DNA of 64,000 bases from Ranitomeya imitator. Lineage: Eukaryota. A program made the translations under genes and the position numbers. The DNA is taken from the NCBI RefSeq assembly GCF_032444005.1, contig NC_091288.1, positions 220,968,001 through 221,032,000 of the forward strand. Direction: 5' to 3'. This document shows positions 1 to 32,265 of the stretch, piece by piece. Every line of letters begins with the position of its first letter. Within the stretch, counting starts at the first letter, position 1. The notes under the pieces are model-generated. The model worked only from the letters and a program-made list of their open reading frames with translations, searched no databases and was not told where the DNA came from.

Positions 1-750
1 TCATCATCAGTGTATGGTGACCGCCCAACACCTCCATCATCAGTATCTGGTGACTGCCCAACACCTTCATCATCAGTATCTGGTGATCGCCCGTCACCTC
101 CATCATCAGTATCTGGTGATCGCCCAACACCTTCATCATCAGTATCTGGTGATCGCCCGTCACCTCCATCATCAGTATCTGGTGATCGGCCAACACCTTC
201 ATCATCAGTATCTGGTGACCGCCCGTCGCCTCCATCATCAGTATCTGGTGACCGCCCATCACCTCCATCATCAGTATCTGGTGACCGCCCGTCACCTCCA
301 TCATCAGTATCTGGTGACCGCCCGTCTCCTCCATCATCAGTATCTGGTGACCACCCATCACCTCCATCATCAGTATCTGGTGACCGCCCGTCACCTCCAT
401 CATCAGTATCTGGTGATCGCCCGTCTCCTCCATCATCAGTATCTGGTGACCGCCCGTCTCCTCCATCATCAGTATCTGGTGACCGCCCATCTCCTCCGTC
501 ATCAGTATCTGGTGACCGCCCATCACCTCCATCATCAGTATCTAGTGAGCTCCCGTCACCTCCATCATCAGTATCTGGTGACCACCCATCACCTCCATCA
601 TAGGTGCGGCCCAACACCTTCATCATCAGTATCTAGTAACTGTCTGTCTGCTCCATCATCAGTATCTGGTGACCGACCGTTGCCCCCATCATCAGTATCT
701 GGTGACCGACCGTCCCCTCCATCATCAGTATCTGTCACTGCCCATCACCT
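1..750. repeat. 33-bp minisatellite (unit ~TCATCAGTATCTGGTGACCGCCCGTCACCTCCA), ~22 copies, continuing past the window start
   Basis: Direct tandem periodicity; the ORF track shows 11-aa periodic peptides (PPSSVSGDRPS)n and (HHQYLVTARHL)n. Confidence 0.95.
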
Positions 751-1872
751 CCATCATTTCCTCTCGCCACTTGTGCACAGGAGCTTGGATCAAACATGGA
801 GACCTGACCCAAGATCTCCTGTGTATGGGGCCTGTGCGGATCCTTTTGTCTCTTGATGTGACCCCAGACAGACGGGATGATGTGAGATCAGGGTCTGTAG
901 GGCCGGATCATCACTCTCGTGACTCCATTTTTTCTTTCATATCACAGGTCAATCTCTGTGAGGGGCAGAGCCAGGGCCGTATTCGTGGCTGAGTTACTAT
1001 TTTTTAACACGCCCTGGTCTCCTGGTCACATGAAAATAGTGTCCCCTCTGCAGCATACCTTCTGTTTCACCTTCTGTACCGTCAGGGTCCCATCGGGCTG
1101 GCTGAAGATCCACTGACACAAAGTCTGTTTCAAACTTCAAATACAAAACTTTGCTCTCATGTTTTCACAGCACATCTATTTTCATTACAGCAACTACATC
1201 AGGTTCCATACTACACATTTCTTCCTCTTTCCTTGTACTCTTCTCCTTGTCAAACAGCATGTGCCCGGGACGGACCGTATCATACGGTTCCTCAGCATCC
1301 TCCCTGTTCAGACTCTCTGCGTTTGGGGGTTCCCTCAGCCGTTTCGCATGGATCTGAGGGCATCAGCCCTTATGATGATCTACCACATGGTGAGCAACCT
1401 GCCCTTCGTTACTGCTGTGACTTCTCCTACAGCTCCAAATCTCACTAATGCTGTCACTGCTGCTGCTCTGCTGCTGATCGGCCCAGCTGGCCCTGAATGG
1501 CTGGGTTTCCCCCTTAACATTACGGGGTCGCTGTGTGGTCTCGGGCATTAAGCCCGTCGGGACTGTCTGGGCACTCAGGCCCTCTTGAGCTGTTCAGCTC
1601 CCAGGTTTCTCTCTCTCACAATCAGGAAATGCTTTCCCTCTTATCCCACAGTGGCCCCTCCTAGATTAACTATTAAAAGGGTACTGGCTGCAAAACTGTA
1701 AGGTGCTCCCTCTAGTGGACCCGTTAGTTAACTACGCTTTCCCTAGCCAGATAACATACAAATATATATACATCACATTGCACCTAGCAACAAACAGGAA
1801 AATGACAATATTTACATTACATTAACTAGTAAAAGGGAAGGGGTACAAGACAGTCGTGGCACACCCCTTACA
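751..1872 (-). mobile_element. possible decayed Ty3/Gypsy-type remnant (interrupted coding-like frame plus LTR-like end)
   Basis: The minus strand has a long, stop-interrupted, coding-like frame (…LQRGHYFHVTRRPGRVK…DPALQTLIS…) running into the 33-bp repeat. The segment ends in an LTR-like …CCCCTTACA at ~1872. No catalytic motif was recognised. Confidence 0.3.
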
Positions 1873-2101
1873 TCACCATGACAGAACTGTGCACATCAGT
1901 AAGACACAAGGTAGTTATACTGCACCAGCAAGATGTCTCCCAGGAAAACATTTGCAGCATTTTTTCTGCACCCGCCTAAAACATTATCACAGTATTGTAT
2001 ACTACGCCTCCATTTTTTGGCCTTGTTGGAGTCCTCATGCTTCATGTTCATGAACATCTTTCATCCTGTCCTACTATTCCCTTGGCCTTTTTTGAGTATG
2101 A

Positions 2102-3379
2102 GGCCGGCGTCACACTTGCGAGTTTTACGGACGTAAGAGCGCAGAATCTACGTCCGTAAAACTCGCAAAAAATACGGCACAATTATTCTCTATGCCCCTG
2201 CTCCTATTTGCCGTATTTTACTGATCAGTATTATACGGCTTTCTACGGCCGTACAAAATCGCAGCATGCTGCGTTTGTCACCGTACTGCGCAAGAAATAC
2301 GCCAATGAAAGTCTATGGAAGCGTGAAAAATACGGATTACACACGGACAAGCAGTGTGACTTGCGAGAAATACGCAGCGCTGTTAGAGAGAAAAGCCGGT
2401 AATTCAGTGCGGTGTACAGTTAAATCACACTGACAGCTTCCAGTCCAATAGGTAGAATAAATGTGTACACATAGAATAGGTATATATATATACATATATA
2501 TGTCAGTAGACACATATGTATATATATTAATATTTATTCCAGCGCTATACAGCTTGAAAGCCGGTAATTCAATTACCGGCTTTTTCCTTCTCCTTCCTAA
2601 AACCCGACATGATTTGAGACATGGTTTACATACAGTAAACCATGTCTTCTCTCCATTTTTTTTGCAGATTCCACACTACTAATGTCAGTAGTGTGTATCT
2701 GCAAAATTTGGCCGTTCTAGCTCTTAAAATAAAGGGTTAAATGGCGGAAAAAATTGGCGTGGGCTCCCGCGCAATTTTCTCCGCCAGAGTAGTAAAGCCA
2801 GTGACTGAGGGCAGATATTAATAGCCTGGAGAGGGTCCACGGTTATTGGCCCCCCCCTGGCTAAAAATATCTGCCCCCAGCCACCCCAGAACAGGCACAT
2901 CTGGAAGATGCGCCTATTCTGGCACTTGGCCACTCTCTTCCCATTCCCGTGTAGCGGTGGGATATGGGGTAATGAAGGGTGGCGGGAGCCCACGCCAATT
3001 TTTTCCGCCATTTAACCCTTTATTTTAAGAGCTAGAACGGCCAAATTTTGCAGATACACACTACTGACATTAGTAGTGTGGAATCTGCAAAAAAAATGGA
3101 GAGAAGACATGGTTTACTGTATGCAAACCATGTCTCAAATCATGTCGGGTTTTAGGAAGGAGAAGGAAAAAGCCGGTAATTGAATTACCGGCTTTCAAGC
3201 TGTATAGCGCTGGAATAAATATTAATATATATACATATATGTGTCTCACTGACATATATATATATACCTATTCTATGTGTACACATTTATTCTACCTATT
3301 CTACTGTAAGCTGTCAGTGTGATTTTACTGTACACCGCACTGAATTACCGGCTTTTCTCTCTAATATATGTGTCTACTG

Positions 3380-3420
<41 letters not shown>

Positions 3421-3671
3421 GTATATATATATTTTCTTTTCTTTTTGGGACACATGGATCACTTCTATAGCGGTATGTTGGTTTTGCTAGCCTGCGAGAA
3501 AACCACGCAGTACGGATGCCATACGGATTACATACGGAGGATGCCATGCGCAAAAAACGCTGACACACCCTGCCTACGGAGGAGCTACGGACCACTTTTT
3601 TCGGGACTTTTCAGCGTATTACGGCCGTAATATACGGACCGTATTGTTTTACGCTGTGTGTGACGCCGGCC
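2102..3671. mobile_element. non-autonomous DNA transposon (PIF/Harbinger-like MITE) with long internal inverted repeat
   Basis: TIRs GGCCGGCGTCACAC (2102) and GTGTGACGCCGGCC (3671), flanked by TGA/TTA. Internal ~385-bp inverted arms at 2383-2770 and 2982-3364. Confidence 0.75.
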
Positions 3672-4959
3672 TTATAGTGATCAGTTTGGGAGAGTTACGG
3701 GAAGTCAGGGCCTATATCACATTGTTATCAGAGAGGTGTCCTTGAAGTCACTCTAAATTGTTGCCTCTGCCCATAATTTGTCTAAAATACCAAAAATGTA
3801 ACTTTACTAGGAAAGTATATATTTTTCTTCCTCTTTCTCCAAGCGCCATAACTTTTTCTTTCTTCCGTCAACATAGCCACTTGAGGGCTTTTGGGTGTGG
3901 GACCATGTATTTTACCATAAAATGTACTGAAAAACTGAAAAAAAATAAAGTGCCAGATGAAATGGTGAAAAAAATGCAAAATGCTGACAGTTCTGTTTTT
4001 ACGGCGTTCATCTTGTAATAAAAATCTGCTGTCAAGAATCTCCAGGTCGTTACGATTATGAATAACACACTTGTATCGATTTCTATTTTGTTTGGTTTGT
4101 GTCACCATTTTCCGAGACTCGTAGCTTTTTTACTTTTGAGTTCATGAAGCTGTATGAGGGTTTGTTTTTTATTCTTGTTTTTTTTTGTATGGTGAGCAGA
4201 TGTTTTTATTGGAACCGTTGATGGATACATACAACATTTTGATCACTTGTTATCGCGTTTTTTAGTGATGTACAGTGGTCAAAAAAATGTCGGTTTGGGC
4301 TTTTCTTTTTTTTTTATTATTACAGCATCTAAATACATTTTATTATTTTCATAGATTGATAGATAACATTTCTTAGTTATGTTTATTTTACAATTTTTTT
4401 TAAATTTCTTTGTTGCATTATATTTTTCAAAACAGTTTTTATTCTTTGAATTTACTCAATATTTTATTCTAACTAATTGGGGAAAACACATATTTTCCCA
4501 CAGTGGAGAGATTGATAAGAAACTAGTAAAACACACTTTTCACATTCTTCCATATCTTATAAAGGAAAGTGCTTACATTATAAAGAACATGAAACTCAAG
4601 AACTTAAAAAAAACAAAAAAAAAATTCCTTTGGGAAAATAAAGTGGATGAGAAAACTTTTTAGTATTTGATAGCCCCCTGCCGGATCTGGGAGGCCATTT
4701 TTGGAAGTTGAACTTTAATGTGGTCATAGATCAGCTCAGGAGGATTGGGTAGAAGAGAGATCAGTATTATGGACTCACCGATGGGGAACAGGAGCATTGC
4801 TACTCTCCGTCAATGGATTTCGACATCATGGGGTGAACCTTCCTAGGTTTTGGAAGATTAGTAGTGATCAGGGTCAAATCAGCCAAACACTCAGACCTTT
4901 CCTGTGGAACCTCACTGCAATATTCATTTACTGACCCCAAAATATGGTCAATGTACTGA

Positions 4960-7483
<2,524 letters not shown>

Positions 7484-8054
7484 GAACAAATCATTTGTAT
7501 AAAATTGTTTTTAACATTTTTGTATCTAAACATTTAATAATATAACATTTTTCTAACAACAAAAAAACATGACTGATACATTTAATTTAGATTAAAAAAA
7601 CAATTAAATTCTAATATTTCTGTTGAAGGAATTCAGTCCTGAGCGTTGACGTTGTGTGACCGGGGAATGACATAGAAATGGATGAATCAAGAAGGATTCC
7701 ACTATGTTGAGACTTTGTTTTCATACCTTTGACATGAATCATCAAACTGAGTTTTTGTATGGACCATGACAGACAATTATATTGGTTTATACTGGTGATG
7801 ATTACCAGATCTACTTTGGCATTGGTTAAAAAATATTTAATGAATATTTATTAGAATGGCTGACTGGCTCGAGCACCACCTCATTGCTCTCAGGGCCACA
7901 TTGGTGACATCATGTTCACAACATGTGACCACTGCAGACAATCACTGGGCTCACTGATCTTATGTTGTCTACCTCGGCGTCATGGCTGGTGCAGCGAAGA
8001 AGCAATTCTGGAGCCAAAAGTGATTTAGTAGCTACAAAATACCTATTTATGTTA

Positions 8055-9406
8055 TAGTAACATAGTAACATAGTAACATAGTTAGTAAGGCCGAAAAAAG
8101 ACATTTGTCCATCCAGTTCAGCCTATATTCCATCATAATAAATCCCCAGATCTACGTCCTTCTACAGAACCTAATAATTGTATGATACAATATTGTTCTG
8201 CTCCAGGAAGACATCCAGGCCTCTCTTGAACCCCTCGACTGAGTTCGCCATCACCACCTCCTCAGGCAAGCAATTCCAGATTCTCACTGCCCTAACAGTA
8301 AAGAATCCTCTTCTATGTTGGTGGAAAAACCTTCTCTCCTCCAGACGCAAAGAATGCCCCCTTGTGCCCGTCACCTTCCTTGGTATAAACAGATCCTCAG
8401 CGAGATATTTGTATTGTCCCCTTATATACTTATACATGGTTATTAGATCGCCCCTCAGTCGTCTTTTTTCTAGACTAAATAATCCTAATTTCGCTAATCT
8501 ATCTGGGTATTGTAGTTCTCCCATCCCCTTTATTAATTTTGTTGCCCTCCTTTGTACTCTCTCTAGTTCCATTATATCCTTCCTGAGCACCGGTGCCCAA
8601 AACTGGACACAGTACTCCATGTGCGGTCTAACTAGGGATTTGTACAGAGGCAGTATAATGCTCTCATCATGTGTATCCAGACCTCTTTTAATGCACCCCA
8701 TGATCCTGTTTGCCTTGGCAGCTGCTGCCTGGCACTGGCTGCTCCAGGTAAGTTTATCATTAACTAGGATCCCCAAGTCCTTCTCCCTGTCAGATTTACC
8801 CAGTGGTTTCCCGTTCAGTGTGTAATGGTGATATTGATTCCCTCTTCCCATGTGTATAACCTTACATTTATCATTGTTAAACCTCATCTGCCACCTTTCA
8901 GCCCAAGTTTCCAACTTATCCAGATCCATCTGTAGCAGAATACTATCTTCTCTTGTATTAACTGCTTTACATAGTTTTGTATCATCTGCAAATATCGATA
9001 TTTTACTGTGTAAACCTTCTACCAGATCATTAATGAATATGTTGAAGAGAACAGGTCCCAATACCGACCCCTGCGGTACCCCACTGGTCACAGCGACCCA
9101 GTTAGAGACTATACCATTTATAACCACCCTCTGCTTTCTATCACTAAGCAAGTTACTAACCCATTTACACACAATTTCCCCCAGACCAAGCATTCTCATT
9201 TTGTGTACCAACCTCTTGTGCGGCACGGTATCAAACGCTTTGGAAAAATCGAGATATACCACGTCCAATGACTCACCGTGGTCCAGCCTATAGCTTACCT
9301 CTTCATAAAAACTGATTAGATTGGTTTGACAGGAGCGATTTCTCATAAACCCATGCTGATATGGAGTTAAACAGTTATTCTCATTGAGATAATCCAGAAT
9401 AACCAA
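8055..9406 (-). mobile_element. 5'-truncated CR1-clade LINE (RT C-terminal part of ORF2, 3' UTR, (TATGTTAC)n tail)
   Basis: 411-aa ORF 8171-9406 with YLDFSKAFD, GVPQGSVLGP, FADDTKL, KDLGI and the CR1-typical C-terminus GHSLRL…RRGFFTVRAVRIWNCLP. An 8-bp tandem tail lies at 8055-8085. Confidence 0.9.
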
Positions 9407-10536
9407 TAATCCAGTTATATTAAAGTCTAATCAACCTTCACCCTAATTTTAATAAAACAAATATCTCCTTTGACTTTTCTCTCCAGTTTGTGCAAATCCA
9501 AAAACTACAAACTTCACCAATAACATCTTTGAACCTTTACTTAACATACGAAAATAATTTTTGCTGGATTCCTCCTTTAAATTATAACTAGACGTTTTCA
9601 AAAACTTGTATCTTTTTTGTTTCTATAATTTTCGTGGTGTTTCAGATTTTTAGACCTCCATAGTTGCTCAGGAGACCTCTCCATAGTCACTCAAAAGACC
9701 CCTCCAGAGTCGCTCAAAAGACCCCTCCATAGTTGATCAAAAGACCTCTCCATAGTTGCTCAAAAGACCTCTCCATAGTCGCTCAAAAGACCTCTCCATA
9801 GTCGCTCAAAAGACCTCTCCATAGTTGCTCAAAAGACCTCTCCATAGTCGCTCAAAAGACCTCTCCATAGTCGCTCAAAAGATCTCTCCATAGTCGCTCA
9901 AAAGACCTCTCCATAGTTGCTCAAAAGACCACTACAAATTTACTGAAAAGACCCCTCCATAGTCACTCAAAAGACCCCTCCGCAGTCGCTCAAAAGACCC
10001 CTCCATAGTCGCTCAAAAGACCTCTCTATAGTTGCTCAAAAGACCTCTCCATAGTCGCTCAAAAGACCTCTCTATAGTTGCTGAAAAGACCTCTCCATAG
10101 TCGCTCAAAAGACCCCTCCATAGTCGCTCAAAAGACCCCTCCATAGTTGATCAAAAGACCCCTCCATAGTTTCTCAAAAGACCACTACAAATTTACTGAA
10201 AAGACCCCTCCATAGTCGCTCAAAAGACCCCTCCATAGTTGCTCAAAAGACCCCTCCATAGTCGCTCAAAAGACCTCTCCATGGTCGCTCAAAAGACCTC
10301 TCTATAGTTGCTGAAAAGACCTCTCCATAGTCGCTCAAAAGACCCCTCCATAGTCGCTCAAAAGACCCCTCCATAGTTGATCAAAAGACCCCTCCATAGT
10401 TTCTCAAAAGACCACTACAAATTTACTGAAAAGACCCCTCCATAGTCGCTCAAAAGACCCCTCCATAGTTGCTCAAAAGACCCCTCCATAGTCGCTCAAA
10501 AGACCTCTCCATGGTCGCTCAAAAGACCTCTCTATA

Positions 10537-12148
10537 CAGGTCCTTCTCAAAAAATTAGCATATAGTGTTAAATTTCATTATTTACCATAATGTAATGATT
10601 ACAATTAAACTTTCATATATTATAGATTCATTATCCACCAACTGAAATTTGTCAGGTCTTTTATTGTTTTAATACTGATGATTTTGGCATACAACTCCTG
10701 ATAACCCAAAAAACCTGTCTCAATAAATTAGCATATCAAGAAAAGGTTCTCTAAACGACCTATTACCCTAATCTTCTGAATCAACTAATTAACTCTAAAC
10801 ACATGCAAAAGATACCTGAGGCTTATATAAACTCCCTGCCGGGTTCATTACTCAAAACCCCCATCATGGGTAAGACTAGCGACCTAACAGATGTCAAGAA
10901 GGCCATCATTGACACCCTCAAGCAAGAGGGTAAGACCCAGAAAGAAATTTCTCAACAAATAGGCTGTTCCCAGAGTGCTGTATCAAGGCACCTCAATGGT
11001 AAGTCTGTTGGAAGGAAACAATGTGGCAGAAAACGCTGTACAACGAGAAGAGGAGACCGGACCCTGAGGAAGATTGTGGAGAAGGACCGATTCCAGACCT
11101 TGGGGAACCTGAGGAAGCAGTGGACTGAGTCTGGTGTGGAAACATCCAGAGCCACCGTGCACCGGCGTGTGCAGGAAATGGGCTACAGGTGCCGCATTCC
11201 CCAGGTAAAGCCACTTTTGAACCATAAACAGCGGCAGAGGCGCCTGACCTGGGCTACAGAGAAGCAGCACTGGACTGTTGCTAAGTGGTCCCAAGTACTT
11301 TTTTCTGATGAAAGCAAATTTTGCATGTCATTCGGAAATCAAGGTGCCAGAGTCTGGAGGAAGACTGGGGAGAAGGAAATGCCAAAATGCCTGAAGTCCA
11401 GTGTCAAGTACCCACAGTCAGTGATGGTGTGGGGTGCCATGTCAGCTGCTGGTGTTGGTCCACTGTGTTTCATCAAGGGCAGGGTCAATGCAGCTAGCTA
11501 TCAGGAGATTTTGGAGCACTTCATGCTTCCATCGGCTGAAATGCTTTATGGTGATGAAGATTTCATTTTTCAGCACGACCTGGCACCTGCTCACAGTGCC
11601 AAAACCACTGGTAAATGGTTTACTGACCATGGTATTACTGTGCTCAATTGGCCTGCCAACTCTCCTGACCTGAACCCCATAGAGAATCTGTGGGATATTG
11701 TGAAGAGAAAGTTGAGAGACGCAAGACCCAACACTCTGGATGAGCTTAAGGCCGCTATTGAAGCATCCTGGGCCTCCATAACATCTCAGCAGTGTCACAG
11801 GCTGATTGCCTCCATGCCACGCCGCATTGAAGCAGTCATTTCTGCCAAAGGATTCCCGACCAAGTATTGAGTGCATAACTGAACATTATTATTTGATGGT
11901 TTTTTTGTTTGTTATTAAAAAACACTTTTATTTGATTGGATGGGTGAAATATGCTAATTTATTGAGACAGGTTTTTTGGGTTATCAGGAGTTGTATGTCA
12001 AAATCATCAGTATTTAAACAATAAAAGACCTGACAAATTTCAGTTGGTGGATAATGAATCTATAATATATGAAAGATTAATTGTAATCATTAAATTATGG
12101 TAAATAATGAAATTTAACACTATATGCTAATTTTTTGAGAAGGACCTG
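10537..12148 (+). mobile_element. full-length Tc1-family DNA transposon, 200-bp TIRs, TA target duplication
   Basis: TA|CAGGTCCTTCTCAAAAAATTAGCATAT… (10537) and …ATATGCTAATTTTTTGAGAAGGACCTG|TA (12148). TIRs 10537-10736 and 11949-12148 have only a few mismatches. Confidence 0.95.
10866..11870 (+). CDS. Tc1 transposase, DD34E, uninterrupted (probable start MGKTSDL at 10866; ORF track starts at 10803)
   Basis: Paired-like HTH N-terminus, GRKR motif, FSDESKF, FQHDLAPAH, SPDLNPIENLW. There are 34 residues between the second Asp and the Glu. Confidence 0.93.
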   Translation: MGKTSDLTDVKKAIIDTLKQEGKTQKEISQQIGCSQSAVSRHLNGKSVGRKQCGRKRCTTRRGDRTLRKIVEKDRFQTLGNLRKQWTESGVETSRATVHRRVQEMGYRCRIPQVKPLLNHKQRQRRLTWATEKQHWTVAKWSQVLFSDESKFCMSFGNQGARVWRKTGEKEMPKCLKSSVKYPQSVMVWGAMSAAGVGPLCFIKGRVNAASYQEILEHFMLPSAEMLYGDEDFIFQHDLAPAHSAKTTGKWFTDHGITVLNWPANSPDLNPIENLWDIVKRKLRDARPNTLDELKAAIEASWASITSQQCHRLIASMPRRIEAVISAKGFPTKY

Positions 12149-12387
12149 TAGTTGCCCCAAAGACCCCTCTATAGTCGCTCAAAAGACCCCTCTATAGTCG
12201 CTCAAAAGACCTCTCTATAGTCGCCCCAAAGACCCCTCTATAGTCGCTCAAAAGACCCCTCTATAGTCGCTCAAAAGACTCTGTAGAGTACAGATAGACT
12301 TTCTATTGAATCTGTACTCTGCACAGAGCTGTGCGCCACTCTGGAGTCTTTCAGCAATCGGTGGGGGTCTCAGAACAAAGACTATGA

Positions 12388-12716
12388 GGCTATGTGCACA
12401 CGTTCAGGATTTCCCGCAGAAAATGCCTGAGAAAAACCGGACATTTTCTGCAAGAAATCCGCAAGAAAACTGCATGCGTTTTTGCCGTGATTTTGCCGCA
12501 GTTTTTTCCGGACATTTCCCAATGCATTTTGTAGTGGGAAATCCGCAAAAAAAAAAGCGCAAAATTAATGAACATGCTGCGGTTCTGACCGCAATGTTTT
12601 TTTTTCACGAAAAAAAAAAAACGCATCATGTGCACAAAACATGCGGAATTCATTCTAAATGATAGCGTTTTTATCTGGAAAAACCGCGAAATAAACCGCA
12701 ACGTGTGCACACAGCC
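12388..12716. mobile_element. Harbinger-like MITE
   Basis: TIRs GGCTATGTGCACACGTT and AACGTGTGCACACAGCC, flanked by TGA/TTA. Confidence 0.75.
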
Positions 12717-13374
12717 TTAAGGGAGTTTAAGGGACAAAAAAAGTTTACAAAAGTTTTATTACTCTTTAAACTTCAAAAAAGTTGCATTCTTCATCAGTTC
12801 AGCCTGTGAGACCGTTCCCCTTTTTGATTTCTCGTTCCCCCATTCCATATAGTATGTATCTGCCTCCTTTCTTTTCTGTTGTTATTCTTTTCCACATTTC
12901 TGCAGATCTCTGGTGGAGGAGCCTCGATGATCCGCCCTCCCTGTTCCTACTATTACTAGTATTAGAAGGTACATTTCCCCACACTTTCATCCATCCTTCT
13001 CTATAACTAACTACGAGTCTGGATAAAAATGCTGAAAAAGCAAAATCTGCAGGTTTCTTCCTGCGACGTGCAGTGCGCTGTTTGAAGATTAAGGCATGGA
13101 TTAATGAATTATTGGCCTGACGCGAGGCTCGGCACACACAACACCTTGGATTAATAGATTTCGCGCCCGTCATTGTTTTGCCAGTTTCTCGGCAGCGCTG
13201 TTTATCTTATGATCTACTTTGTGATGATTGAGATTGGAGAATTTTCTTTAGTGTTTACTGTTATTGCTTTTTCTATAGCCTGAAGTGATTGATGAGTTTT
13301 TATACTTTGTTATGTAAACTATCAGTTACTAAGTAATTGAGCTTTCCCTATGTAATGATTAGATATGAAACCTC

Positions 13375-13381
13375 TATAAAA
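13375..13381 (+). promoter_or_regulatory. TATA box of protease gene B
   Basis: TATAAAA lies 36 nt upstream of the ATG. It is conserved at the paralogous position upstream of gene E (46844-46850). Confidence 0.6.
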
Positions 13382-13416
13382 CGGGTATCTCGATCAGATC
13401 AACCAGACAGGAGAGT

Positions 13417-30575
<17,159 letters not shown>

Positions 30576-32265
30576 ATTATCATCTACAGGACCAGGAATT
30601 TTGCAGAAAGATCGATTTTATTATGTCTTGATTATATTCATTGCGTCAACAGGGAATGGATGAGAAAAACACTAGTACCAGTACGTTATGTTCAATGCAC
30701 TCTCTATTTTCATTAATAATGTAATAGTCACTGAATTTTTTGGTCGGACCTCACGCTAGAGATTAGTCGTCCACCATCGATAGCCAAAATCAAAATCTCT
30801 AAGAAAAAACCTATCCCGTGAAATTAAACACTGGAGATGTTTGTGTGGTGCCAGATGGATTCGACCCTTCTCTTTAAATCTTCAACTCTGCAACAAATCT
30901 CCCCACCCAAAAAAGAAAAAAAGAATAAAAATGGGAAACTTCTGTATCGCTAGGAAGTCCAGAGAAAGAAGAGTCAGGACAAAGACTTCTCATTGAGCAA
31001 ACACAGGTGACGCTCTTCTGTTTGGCACCGAAGCCTTCCTCCGTCCTCGATATGTGATCACTGAGAAAAATCTGATCATAATTAGAGGAGAAAAGAGCAG
31101 AAATATATATAAAGAGAGAGATAAGGGTCAGCATGGGGCTAAAATATCAGACTCCATACATACGAAGACGCGCATATCCATCGTGACGTTAGTATTTAGA
31201 ACAGTAGAGTAAATGGACCACCGGTCTTCAAGGCAAACTACAACAACAAGCCACTGGCGGGAGAGCGTTATGGCAGAAGATACCACCAAAAGTAGTGTAG
31301 AAACCTATTGGGAAACTAACATATAGACCATAGAGGACCAGGTCACACGGGCAACGTTCTACCTGGACCGGTCCTTCAGCCAATCACCAAGCCAATCATT
31401 AGTGCAACCAGATGATGTGATTGCCACATAAATACGTTTGTAACAACGTAGACACGGAAAACAATGAATAAACATGAACAGACATGTAATGTAACAAATA
31501 ATAAAGTGATTTCTGACCAGAAGGCTGCCTCAGTGACTTATAACACCTAGCTCATGTATCTAGATGGCTCAATCGGTAGAGCAGATATCACGCTACAGCT
31601 GACCCACGATAAACACAATGTGTAGAGGAGCGATGAAACGGGGTAGAGCCCCATAGACTGAAACAACCTGAGACCTTACTTACTCTCCGACGCTGCTCCT
31701 AGTCCTTGTTGATTGTCTGCAGTGGTGAAATGACATCGACAACACTGCAGACAATCACTGAAATCTCTCGCTGGAAAATTAATCATCTCTTTCACAGTTA
31801 TTGATAAGTAGTGTGAACTGTTTTCATTAAAAAGAGCTAATTATTACCTGCCAGCATATTGTAAGTAGAAGACATTTTTTTTTATGTTTGTGCTTCATAA
31901 AGTCTGCAGGAAAAACAACGACAAAAAGGCAACCACAAGAATCAAATGTAAGTAGTACATAATATTTAATGACATCACAAATCAGTACGTTGGAAAATCC
32001 CCAAAAATATATTTATCATCAAGTAATAATCAGGATAATAATCTGCACTGAATCAATAAAAATCATAAATGATCCCCAGAAAAGTAGCACACGGTACCTC
32101 ATACTGCCACCACGAAGTTCAGACCATACCCCAAATTCTAACTTCATATTATATAAAATGATCTGACGCCAGCTGAGAACTAATGCCGCCATATGAGGTG
32201 CAGATATAAGATCTGCAATATCTATAAAGGGCCGTGCGGTGCCTAAATTACCATTGGGGCTCTGC

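Larger units (their letters stand above)
9652..12285. repeat. 23-bp minisatellite (ATAGTCGCTCAAAAGACCTCTCC) split by the Tc1 insertion (9652-10534 and 12151-12285)
   Basis: Direct periodicity. The variant unit ACCACTACAAATTTACTG recurs at ~9928, 10181 and 10411. Confidence 0.9.

Noticed and set aside
10-856. 197-aa and 280-aa repetitive ORFs (Ser/Pro-rich, His-rich)
   Set aside because: By-products of a 33-bp tandem unit with no stops; no splice or promoter support for a host gene.
8178-9293. Plus-strand ORFs of 215 and 147 aa
   Set aside because: Antisense shadows of the CR1 RT frame.
9652-12285. 23-bp array next to a transposase as a guide or CRISPR-like system
   Set aside because: Head-to-tail units with no spacers; the Tc1 is simply inserted at a TA within the array.
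31565-31583. tRNA-like GGCTCAATCGGTAGAGCA
   Set aside because: Only an A-box/D-arm-like half; no T-arm (GTTCGA) or acceptor stem. At most a SINE remnant.
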